From Ruditapes philippinarum (Eukaryota), in the NCBI RefSeq assembly GCF_026571515.1, contig NW_026856433.1:1-64000 (forward strand): a stretch of DNA of 64,000 nucleotides, written 5' to 3'. This document shows, one piece after another, positions 52,321-64,000 of this stretch. Every line of letters begins with the position of its first letter. The first letter of the stretch is position 1. A model generated the notes under the pieces. It did not search any database. It was not told where the DNA came from and was given only the letters and a program-made list of their open reading frames with translations. A program made the translations under genes and the position numbers.

Positions 52321-53216
52321 TATCTTATGGTAATGTCATAATTTTCTATTAATGTAGATTTAAGATTAAGATTTATTGTCAACTGATATTGCTAATTCTA
52401 AGTGGTAAAGAATTAAACATGATTTTAGATTGTAAAAAGGTTTTGATGGTGATAACTATCGAGATGACTCGACATTTTTTTCTCATTTTGCTATGAGGGG
52501 CTTTCCTCTTGCACAAGAATAACAATCTGTATGTATCAGCTGCTTAATCAAAATAAAATCTAAATAAACTAATTTAAATTCAAATTTATTTCATCTTAAG
52601 TTTTATATTCCCCCAAGATGTAAAACAGACTTCTTTAGGTTTTAAACAATTATAAAATCACCAAGAAATTTGAATAATAAAACCTCAAATATGTTTTTCA
52701 CATTGGCATAGTGAACATTACTTTATCAATAAACTAATTTACATTTTTAATGTTAATTCAACATCTTAAGCGAAGATAGATTACATTTTTGGCATAGTAA
52801 GTCATATTATAATAATATTTATGGGTCGAGGACAAATACTACAGTACGATCCCTAAGACATGTGTTAAGCTACAGTGGTTTCAGCTTATATCAAAAGTGC
52901 AAAAGAATAACGTTTTTTTTTTTAATTACTAATAAAGCTGTTAGCGACTGTATAAAATCATCCCCGCACCTATTTTAAAGAACAGTAATTGATGACTATT
53001 TTGTAAGAGATTTTTTTCTGTTACCTATGTAATATATGATCCTTAAATAACAAAGACACTTTCAGCTATTAGTTCCTCCAAACAACCGTAAGGATGGATA
53101 TGAAAACACCGTACAGTTAAAAAAAAAAAAAATTTGTCCACTCATGCTTTATATCCTTTGCATTTCTGTTTTGATTAAAAACTCATAGCATTTATGCCTT
53201 GGGAAATATCATAATA

Positions 53217-53425
53217 GTGGCAGTATGGCTGAGTGCACGTCGGACTAGTAATCTAAGGATTGCTAGCTGTGTGGGTTCAAACCCTGTCAGGGGCAAGCCA
53301 TTGTTTTCTTGAGCAAAACACTTTACAGTCATTGCTCAGTACTGGTTTATTCCAGGAATGGATTTGAAACTGTGTCTGTAAGCTTATAGCTTCCTACACA
53401 AACTGAAATAAATTCTGTATAAACC
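53217..53425 (+). mobile_element. tRNA-derived SINE
   Basis: A box TGGCTGAGTG, B box GGTTCAAACCC, conserved central domain shared with 47503-47711. Confidence 0.7.
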
Positions 53426-56400
53426 AAATTTTCATATTACGCAAATGTAATATAATACAAGGAAAAATATTTAAAGCTATTGAAATTGAAACAAAAAAGC
53501 AATATATTTATTTTTTATTACCAAGCTCTCATAGTAAAACAAATTGATACATTGTTAACATAAATAAAACTTGCAAGCTAAAATATCAACATTTTTGTAC
53601 ATGGTTACAGTTATGACAGAAGCAATATAATGTGGAGTTAACAATTTACAGATGGATCACTTTAACCTGAATTTGTATAATGGTTTTAGCCTGGCTTTTA
53701 ATTCGGAACAGTCCATTACATGTTTTAGATATTTTAGGGATATCATTATCAAACTACACAAAGTAAGCCAACAAAAGGCTCTTAGTGATTTTTGTTCATA
53801 TATTTTACAGATGAATAAAGGTTGTTTCCCTTAGTCCAAAATAGGAATATTTTTCATTAAAATGATATCTTTTCCTGAAATGCCTTGTGAAAATTCTTTA
53901 CCAGAACCATGACTTAACAGCAGCTAACTTATATCAGCTACCGGTCGTTGATAAACTTAACTGACTGAAAGACAGAAAGCTGTTTTATAGATAGCCTCTG
54001 CTATGCCACAGGATGTTTTGAAAATTGAACCAAATGTACTGAATGGTAGAGATTCTGGCCAGACTGTACGGATGTGCAAGCTGTGGGTTCGATCATTTCT
54101 AATAGAGCTGTTTATTCATGTCTTTGAAATATTTTTTACATATCTTTACAAAAAATGATGAATAAAAAAGAATGATGTTGTATGCTGTTTTTTTAAGTGT
54201 ATGTATAATCAAATTACTCCTCTTGTAATAAGTTGTGTAGCAGTAAGAAATATACATGTCATGTCAAAAGTTTTATATCAAATACAACAAAAATTACTTC
54301 TCTTTCTACACATCACTAAACAAAATAGGTTGCTATTACCAATTTCATTATTCTGGATATTGCATTATATGTGTAGACCAAATTTCAGCATTTAAACATT
54401 AAAACCCTATACATTGAAAATGGATATTGAAAATTATTTCATCAATCCAGTAGGGTAGAGGTAAAATAACAAAAACAATTAATAAATCAAGAAATTAAGG
54501 TATATAATGAAGTGATATAACTAAAAGAGAAAAAAAAACCAGAAAAAAACCCAGACAACAAGCATGCAATTCTAAATAATTTACAGTAAAAAAATCTGTC
54601 TCAATATTGGTGGCACTGGCAAATTATTTTGTCACCAGAAATCCAATGTAGTAACTATTGGTTGAGTATTAATTACCCTGGAAGACTAGTTTCTTAACTT
54701 ATACAAAATGCACTTTTATATACAGATATTTGGTTATACATGTATAATATAGAAATCTAATATAATTTCCCTTCAGTTTATATTAATATTATATATAATT
54801 AACATTTTAAAATGCTAAATTTGAATTTAACCTTAGCTTTCGACTTTTTAACCTGCTTTACAGCGGCATTAATTACACATACAAATATGTTCAGACAAAA
54901 CAAGGTAAGTGATGTTATGTCATTGAGCGACGCCCGCCAAAAGTTCGAAAGCAGAGTACAGCAAATTCAAATTAGCATTCTTCATTATATACGGCAAATT
55001 AGAGATTTCATCTTTTTTACATTTGATATATATCTATGCATGAATCAGTTGTAACCATGCCCCTCTAACTCCATGGAAAAGCTGGAACTTTTATTTTTAT
55101 TGCAAACCCCTCCTAAAGACTTCTCACTGTGGAGACAGTCATATGCAATCATGGATAAATAAATTTTAACATAAAGCCTGGTACTGCTATATAAGTGGTA
55201 AATCCATTTTGGAGCCAAAACAAAATCACTGCATTGACCAGATTGAGGCAGGGACAGGCAATAGATAAAAACTTGGCACATTTCACCTGCTATGCCCCGA
55301 CCTTATGTGATGGTGGATGGGCCAGGGTTACAACTGACTGGAACACTAGTCCTGTTACATCAACACTTATCTTAGTTAACAAAGATAGTGATTATTAGAT
55401 TTGTTTTTCTGTTGTATTTTAATAACCAAAACAAAAATTAAGACAACGGCTTGCTTTATTTCATAAAAGACTTTTTTAAAATTCTTTAATATTATTGTTT
55501 ATGTCCTCTCTTAAAATGGAATTTATGTAATAAATCTTTATTATTATCATATATCATTTTTCCTAAACAAAATTACTTGAAAATTTCTAAACTTGTCTGG
55601 AAACATGCATTTAAAAGCATATAAAAAATTATCTAAATATACATAAACTTTTCAGAAAAACAAACAACTTTACATGCATTCTAGGGCAAAGTGTACACGC
55701 TTTCTAATACAAAATCATGAAAATGATTTACTTATTTTTACAGAGAAATCGTCATATAAAATGCAGCTCAAATCAAAAACGCTATATCTACAAAATTTGC
55801 ATTGATAATTTGCATTGTTCAGTATGCAGTGCATTGAAATTACAGGAACTGGGGTTTACGGGGGTGACCTTTTAACATTTTAAATGGATTGGTCTACAAT
55901 TTGGGAAATTTTTTCAAAAATATTTTTAAATTTTTGCTTAAAAAAAAATGGAAAAGTATCATTTAGTATTCTTCTAAAAAACATTTCTTTTAAAACAAAA
56001 ATGTTTAAAAAGAGTTTAAAAGCTTTGTAGGATTTTAAAAATAAAAGAGCCGCGTTTCCCACAAAAACCAAAAATAAGGGTTTTCGACCCGCTGGATCCG
56101 ACCAGCCCGCGATCCACGGGAGTTGATCAGGGGTTCCCTGCTGTTCGCCCTCAGTTTCTTACTTGTTAATAGGGTTGGGAAAGGGAAAAGGGATGGTCCT
56201 TGGGCCTTATGTTGGTTTTTTTGGGTGGCTAAATTTTTTTCGAGAAAAGATTATTATCTGCTATATATCATATCGGACCATATATCTCACACCATATATA
56301 TCTATTTTGTGATTTGTTGTCATGTTTTGTACTAAATACTATCAACATTATTATTTATCATATTGCAAACCATCCAATATGGACCAATTCACTTTAAGAG

Positions 56401-57629
56401 AGGGGAAAATGAGAACCATGATACAAAACAATAGTAGGAAGAATGAAATACATAATCTTATATTAAAAGCATAGGATATATTAACCTGTAACCTGCTGAA
56501 TTTTTGTAATGCATTAGCCCAGCTTTTAATTAGGAACATTCCATTTGAAGTTTTAAGTGATTTGAATATCAAAATACAAACATGGAGCTTCTGACAGTAT
56601 AGACCCTAGTCAGACTGCATGGGTAGTCTCACCTAGCTAAATACTGGCAGCAAAGCCTAATCACTCTTGTTACCAGCAGGTTAAGGGTTAGGAAAAGGAA
56701 AATGGGGGTGCGGGGCAAAGTGAGAAAAAAAGGGGCTTGATGAAATGGATAAAAGCTTTGGGATGCAAAAAAGTGATAAACAAACATACAAATACCGGTA
56801 CAAATCTAATAATAGCTTACTTAGCAAACCGTATATACAAAACTGATGAAATTATTGACTGAAATGCAGATAGCAAAGGGAAAGTATTTTCTTTATCACG
56901 TTATCCAACCTTAAATATTGACAAATGAATACAAAACTTACCTTCCCTCGATAAACTTGGAAATATATATGTTTTAACAATATGGCATGGAACCCATATT
57001 ATGTATATATACAATAAACCAGTAAAGAGCTAGGTTCACAAAACATGTATATTGGCCAAGCAAATTGGTAAAATATGAAAACTGTAAGTAAACAAAACTA
57101 ATAATTTTAAAAACAAGTCCAGGGGTGGCAAAATTAATTGTCCGTATTGTCCAGGTTGTCCCACAGCCTCTCCGGACAAGTGGGAAATTTTCAAGAATTT
57201 TCTATATAAATATCATACGGACAAGTTAAGAAATAGTTTAAAACGGACAAATACATGTAAGTCAAAATCAGATTTTGCCAGCCCTCCAAGTATGATACTT
57301 ATTATTTCTATGGTCAAAATTTTATTAAAATTCATTTCTGGATAGGGCAATTCTCAACATTTCATGAACCTAGCCTTTTCCTATCATTTATACTGCTTGC
57401 ATTACATAAGTTAAATATGACCTGACGCAAAATATGTCATTCCGTTTTTACATGCAAGTATAATCTGTTTTAAGATTGTATTTATGTAAGAACTCATTCT
57501 ATTACATCATGATTAACAATTTTGTTAAAATCTAAAAAGTACCCAATAAAAATATACCACAACCTGGGACTTTTTTTTCAGTTTTCATGGACTTTGCTGG
57601 GTACAATCCCATTTGGCATAATATCCATG

Positions 57630-57800
57630 ACATCCGCGCAGTCTGATCAGGATCCATGCTGTTCGCTTACAAACCCTATAACAAGTAGAGAAACTGATAG
57701 CGAACAGCATGGATCCTGATCAGACTGCGCGGATGCGCAGGCTGGTCTGGATCCATGCTGGTCGCAAACCCATTATGTTGGTTTTGTCATGACGCGGCTC
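57630..57800. mobile_element. Sola-type MITE, 5'-truncated; further partial copy at 58463-58631 and corrupted copy at ~56048-56240
   Basis: Sequence matches the 6685-6958 family. Confidence 0.85.
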
Positions 57801-60219
57801 AAATTTATTTAAAGCACATTCATGTCTGATCAACATCTTTATATGTGACGGCTTCAAAACATCACAATTAGTGAGTATTTTATATTTGTACTGTTATATA
57901 CCACATAAAATTTATCAGGTTCGACATATACTCCTATGACAAACATGTTTGTGTATTAATTTACAAGTCAATATATTTGTTGACTTATTTACAAATATTT
58001 TGCTATGACGTATATGAGGTTATATAGTACTTGGCAATAATAAACTATTGTACTTGTTGAACTGTAATAAACTTTTAGGCATGCTATCATGGAAGCCATG
58101 AAAAGCAGCATTTATATACTTAAGTGAATCAATTATTAGTTGGTTCATATTCATATCTGCACAAACAAAGAAATATTAATACATAGTAACAAATTCATAA
58201 AATATATGAAATTAAAAAGACACGAGGGCTTATTGGAAGCTAAGTTAATATATTTTTAATTGGAATTGTAATGTGTTTTTTTGTAAACTCTGTTTCAACT
58301 TTGTATTATTGATTTTATAAAACAATGACCTTTAGGCAATAAGTCATTGACATTTGCAATATTGTACATTTCCGTACTTATTATTAGCTAAGAAATAAAT
58401 CAACAATACAATGTTTTTTGTTTAAACTTATTTTTTCCAACTGAAAATGGAAGAAAAATTATTGAGCCGCATCACAACAAAACCAACATAGTGCATTTGT
58501 GACCAGCATGGATCCAGACTAGCCTGTGCATCCGCGCAGTCTGATCAGGATCAATGCTGTTCACTATCAGTTTCTCTACTTGTAATAGAGTTGGTAAGCA
58601 AACAGCATGGATCCTGATCAGACTGCGCGGCTAAATTAATGTCAACAATGATTTCTCCTAAAGACACTGTTAAACAACTAATATGCTATCCGAAATATTA
58701 GCCCCTGCATATTTGAAAAGAAAACATAGACTATGTATGTCTTTTAACCATTTTGTCTTAATTGTGGTTAAATATGGAACATATTATGCTTTAATACATC
58801 AGAATTAAAGTCATCAAAGTGTTGAAAAGGGAATCATTTTTTGAACAATTGTCATATACAAATTTGAACACAATATTAAGCAGTTTACACTAAGGCATAT
58901 GCAATGTTTACTATTGAACAAATACAAAAATAAAGAAAAAAAAATAACTAGCACCTTTACATCAACAAAAGTAAAAAATATTGGACTAATATTTAAAAGC
59001 ATAAATTAAGCAAAAATCTTGTTTAATATCCTAACCGTAAAATGTAAAAAGTAGTTTTAATTAAACTAAAAAGGTAATGTTCATTCTCAATCATAAGACG
59101 CATTTTTGGCCATCCTGAATTTGCTTCAAAGTAGAGACTGTGTCTTATAAGCGTGACCTAATATGGATACTGAAGAAATGCTGACTATTTCATTTTGAGG
59201 CAGTATATAGACATGCTCAATCATTACTTATCAGCTACTGCCATCATTTAAAGTAATCTTCTTAAGAAAGAATTTGCTCAAAAGAATTTCATTAATAAGT
59301 AATGTCAAAATTTTATTATGATGATATCTAAAATATTGCTTGTTGGTGTTTCTTGGTGTTTCTTTTCAGGCACATCTTGCACCTTAGTATAATCATTAAC
59401 CTGCTAGAAGCTTTAGTAATACCTTAATAGAATTCACAGACACAATATGGGAGTGGTTTTAAGTCAGCCACCCTGACAAGGGCCTGAGCCAAAAATCAAT
59501 TGTTACAATCTATTTCTGGGCAGAAATGAGTTCATCAGTCATTTATGCAATGTATTCAAAGCATTATCAAATACATCACCTCTATAAAACTACTGATACC
59601 TTATGTTGATAAACTAAAATTTAGGTAACATTGAAATAATAGCACAATCATCGATCCTAAAAGCTCACCCTGAGCATGCTCAGGTGAGCTAAAAAATAAA
59701 TAATAATAAAAGCAAAAGCAATGTCATTCAACTGTTTACAATTTCACGTCACCAAGTCTCTTAGCTTACACAAGCATATGAGCATAACTTTATCAAAACA
59801 TACTGAATGATCTTAGCCTATGTATGAAATTACAAATACATACAAAAATATTACTGTTGATCATGGAAAATAAGCATATACACTTATAATGATTTAGTGA
59901 AGAATGTCTTATATTGTAGTAGGGCAATGTACAAATCTGTCAAATTTTGCTGATATTTACATACATAATATATTATATCTTGTTTCAGATGATATTTCTT
60001 GTGCATGTGTATAATATTACACAATATTTAGTGTTTAATCTTGGAATGATGAATATATACTCGGAGATATTTATTTGTTTGTCAATATATGGACTATCTC
60101 ACTAACAAAAGAGATTTGTTTAAAAGAATAGTGAGGAAAAATATTTTTTTTAAAAAATTGTGAGATTTATGCCATATTCACTAAAATGAATCAAATTTGT
60201 AACTTACATCACATTATTT

Positions 60220-60454
60220 GAGCCGCGTCACGGCAAAACCAACATAATGGGTTTGCGACCAGCATGGATCCAGACCAGCCTGCGCATTTGCGCAGTCCGA
60301 TCAGGATCCATGCTGTTTGCTTACAAACCCTATAACAAGTAGAGAAACTGATAGCAAACAGCATGGATCCTGATCAGACTGCGCGGATGCGCAGGCTGGT
60401 CTGGATCTATGCTGGTCGCTAACCCATTATGTTGGTTTTGTCGTGATGCGGCTC
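60220..60454. mobile_element. Sola-type MITE, full length
   Basis: GAGCCGCG...CGGCTC with TSD ATTT on both sides. Confidence 0.9.
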
Positions 60455-61071
60455 ATTTAGTTTTTCCCTTTAGATAGTCAGATGTTGCATATCATATCCA
60501 TGATGTAATGAAAATCTTTGTCTGTAAAACAATCTTCATTATATATATATTTGAATGTATAGAATCAAACTTCAATATATCATCCTCGGGTCCTAACAGT
60601 GAGATATGATTTATATTTCATTGATATTTTCAATATCTCATTACAAATCACAATGTATGGTCAAACTTACTAAATATTATTTTCCATCCAATAAGATGTT
60701 ATTTTAACTCTGACCAACTTTGTCAATGGCATAACAAATACTTACTTATGAAGCTTTTAAATGGCAAGATTTTTGTAGCTTTTGTCACATAGATGCATAC
60801 ATGTATATTAAAGTTCTCAACATATAAGCAAACCACTATAAAAATGTATATATTTGTATGTCTAATTAAAGACATTTATTATGGAAGAACTATTTTATAT
60901 TTATTTCTGACACCATATATGAACATCTACATGACTGTATTTGTGTCTACATAATACAACCAGCACAGCGATAAAAAGAAATGTAAAATTTATAGTATAA
61001 ACCAACCATCATAAAATCTGTAAAATAGGCTACCAAACATGAACCCTGTATTCCACATTTAGAGGATAATT

Positions 61072-61450
61072 GTTATGTTATGAGTGAATGTGGTATATTT
61101 CTTTGTTATGAGTGAATGTGGGATATTTGTTATGAGTGAAATGGGATATTTGTTTGTTATGAGTGAATGCAAGAAATTTGTTTTGTTATGAGTGAATGCA
61201 AGATATTTGTTTGTTATGAGTGAATGTAGGATATTTGTTTGTTATGAGTGAATGCAGGATATTTGTTTGTTATGAATGAATGCAGGATATTTGTTTGTTA
61301 TGAGTGAATGCAGGATATTTGTTGGTTATGAGTGACTTTGGGATATTTGTTTGTTAGTTAATGCCCCATAATCATTTTATCAAAGTGAATAATACTATGA
61401 GTGAATATTGGATATCTGTTTGTTGTAAGTGTATATAAAATATCTGTTTG
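61072..61450. repeat. ~28-bp minisatellite (TTGTTATGAGTGAATGCAGGATATTTGT)
   Basis: About 10 or more tandem units, degenerate at the 3' end. Confidence 0.9.
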
Positions 61451-61576
61451 TAATGAATAAATATGGTATATCTGACATACTACATGGATGTAATATGAAA
61501 ATTATAAAATCATGTTTGTTTTCTTTGCTTTCATGAAAAACAATTGGATAATTTTATATTTCTTAAAAGCTGATAT

Positions 61577-61805
61577 GTGCCGTGTCATGACAAAATCAAC
61601 ATAGTGCGTTTTTTATCCAGACCAACCTGCGAATCTGCGCCGCGAGTCTGATCAGTATCCAGGCTGTTCGCTTACAAACCCTATTTGAAGTACAGAAACT
61701 GATAGCAAACAGCATGGATCCTGATCAGACTGCGTGGATGCGCAGACTGGTCTGGATCCATGCTGGTCGCAAACCCACTATGTTGGTTTTGTCATGACAC
61801 GGCTC
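61577..61805. mobile_element. Sola-type MITE, full length
   Basis: Same family; TSD ATAT on both sides. Confidence 0.85.
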
Positions 61806-63816
61806 ATATCAGTTTTTGAAGTAGAAAGTTAACAGTGAGTAATATATATCATATCTCACTGACACAGTTTTTCATTGATTAGCATGAGATTAACATAATG
61901 AAAGTCTCTTATATACAACATCACCAGTAACATGTTAAAATGCACCTCTAAACATTATCAACAATACAAGAGTTTAATAATCAACAATGACAAAAAGCTT
62001 TGCAGGAATGCCGCATAAAATACTGGCCTTAAAAAAATCGTTCACTTTCAGAAAGCAAAGATATTAAACTTTATGTTTGTTACTAAAACCTATGTACATG
62101 ACAAGACTGGGCGTTATGTTACCTTATAATGTTGCATGTATTAATGCCCAGTAGGCCTAGAAAATGCTAGTATTTTTATTTCTCAAAAGCTTCTTATTTT
62201 TGGAGTCCTCTTACAGTTAAATAAATTCTTACAACTCATAAGCCATAAAGATGACACATCTTTTGTTTCTACTGTCCATAGAAAAAAGTACATTTATAGT
62301 GACATAGTATTTTGAATGGAAATAAAAACACCATTTTTAAAATACTTTCTACAAGAGATCTGCATCTAACTTGTTTGAAAGATAAAATATTAAAAACCTT
62401 AATATAACAAATGCTTGCCCATTCTAAAGAAGAAAAATATTACAATGTGCCTTTAAAGTAACATAATGTTAAAAATATCTTTCATGTTAGAAAAATATTA
62501 GAGATACTATTTTAAATATAGGATTCATTATAAATGTTATGTATTCCTCTTGTCTGACGTTTTTCTCTATATAGTTATTTCAAAAATTACAAAAGATATG
62601 TGAAAAGTGGTAAAAACTAAAATTAAAAACATCTTCCTCATAAATTCTGAACACTTATCATCAAGAAAGAGTAAATATACATGAGGTTGACAACAGCATA
62701 TAGGCTAAGCTTTATGCAAAGCTGTTTCGGCATTAAAATACATATTGTGACTGTACATAAAAGATATCTGGTTATTAGTCCATGTACTTTAATAAAATAA
62801 TTTAAAATTCAACATGTGGAGGTATTGATACATGTTTAATCAATTTCAATTTCATATATACAAGAGGTTACAGATCACTAAATGTAGTATCTAATATAGG
62901 CAAGAGGTTACAGATCACTAAATGTTTTATCTTAAGATAGGCAAGGTCAAAAACTTTCTGCAAATACTGGCAAATAAGGCAATAGGAACTCTGTGTCACA
63001 ATTCAATAAATATTAAATGACCACTACAAGTGGCAAGAAATAGAAACTGACAGAAGGCACACAATCATACGATAACCTATAGTCTCATCACCTCAGTGCA
63101 GTAAAGGGTTACCTCCTATTAAATTCATATAAGGAGTTAACCCATTACTGCACCAATGTGATGATCTGTGATTTTGATGTTGAAGAAAGATTTTATGAAT
63201 TCTTGCAGTAAACACAATAAATTTTGTCACAATAGAGCAGTAACGGGTTAAGTCCTTCTAAATTTTAAAGAAGTTAATCAGTTATTGCACTTAAGTGACA
63301 CAAATCATGAACAATTTTTGACTCGGGGTAAACATGCTCACATTTCTAAATTTTGTGGTAAACATTTACAATGAACATTTGTGGTAAACATATATCATAA
63401 TGTTTATTTATGGTAATCATGTACACATGTACAATGTTTTACTCAAGGGTAAACATAAACACCATTTAACCAAGAGTTAACATGTATTTCATTGTTTATT
63501 TGTGGTAAACATTTACAGTTTTAACTGAAGATCAACATGTAAAATAATCTTATGTGGTAAACAACTATCACTTAGGGTACACACAGCCACGTAGGTACTG
63601 GCGAAGATAGGCTATGCTCATTGGCTGTTTTGAGATGAGATCTTCATATGGAGACCGGTCAGCTCTCATTGGCATATCTCCAAAATCAATCTAGATAAAA
63701 AAGAGAAATAAAATATTATGATAATTTTGTTTGTTGTATCATGAATGTATAAACATATTTAGGGACTGAAGACCTGCTCTTTACGTCAGGCCAGATAATT
63801 GCTTCCTGGGTATCAA

Positions 63817-64000
63817 AACAAGTAATTGCATCAGTTGTAACAAGTAATTGCACCAGTTGTAACAAGTTGAAACAAGTAATTGCACCAGTTGTAACAAGTT
63901 GAAACAAGTAATTGCACCAGTTGTAACAAGTTGAAACAAGTAATTGCACCAGTTGTAACAAGTTGAAACAAGTAATTGCACCAGTTGTAACAAGTTGAAA
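63817..64000. repeat. 32-bp minisatellite (AACAAGTAATTGCACCAGTTGTAACAAGTTGA) running off the window end
   Basis: Perfect tandem units; explains the repetitive ORFs at 63.7-64.0 kb. Confidence 0.95.

Noticed and set aside
54925-54955. E2F/CDE-CHR-like promoter motif (CCCGCCAAAAGTTCGAA)
   Set aside because: Spacer is non-canonical and no downstream gene could be assigned.
61072-64000. CRISPR-like arrays (26-32-bp repeats, also 32458-32561)
   Set aside because: Head-to-tail units without unique spacers, no cas genes, and a eukaryotic context.

Overview
AT-rich, intron-containing animal genomic DNA. The repeat families (a ~165-bp satellite inside a Helentron/pearl-like element, tRNA-derived SINEs, a palindromic GAGCCGCG...CGCGGCTC MITE) suggest a bivalve mollusc, probably a venerid clam (inference). 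The ORF track is mostly noise, so genes were reconstructed by hand-splicing on GT-AG sites. (1) There are two tandem claudin/PMP22-superfamily genes at 3.4-8.2 kb; the 3' end of the second probably lies in an error-ridden stretch at 9.3-10.9 kb. (2) There is a tandem duplication of a convergent two-gene unit. Gene A (+) encodes a type II membrane protein: signal-anchor, canonical EF-hand, coiled coil, TSP1 repeat, and an unnamed Cys-rich head ending CGPNFCCC. Gene B (-) encodes a 275-aa coiled-coil protein. Unit 1 (20.9-26.2 kb) carries disabling lesions in both genes, while unit 2 (27.7-41.0 kb) keeps open frames. Comparing the units shows an exonic insertion in A2 that looks like a newly gained in-frame GT-AG intron, a SINE that duplicated a splice donor, a MITE that replaced the region upstream of the A2 ATG, and divergence concentrated in the head-domain exons. 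The rest is dense with non-autonomous DNA transposons (CMC/EnSpm-like with a nested 8-bp-TSD element, Kolobok-like, Harbinger-like, Sola-like, piggyBac-like, Helitron-like), a degenerate Harbinger transposase fragment, minisatellites, perfect palindromes and one assembly gap. No rRNA, true tRNA or CRISPR array was found.
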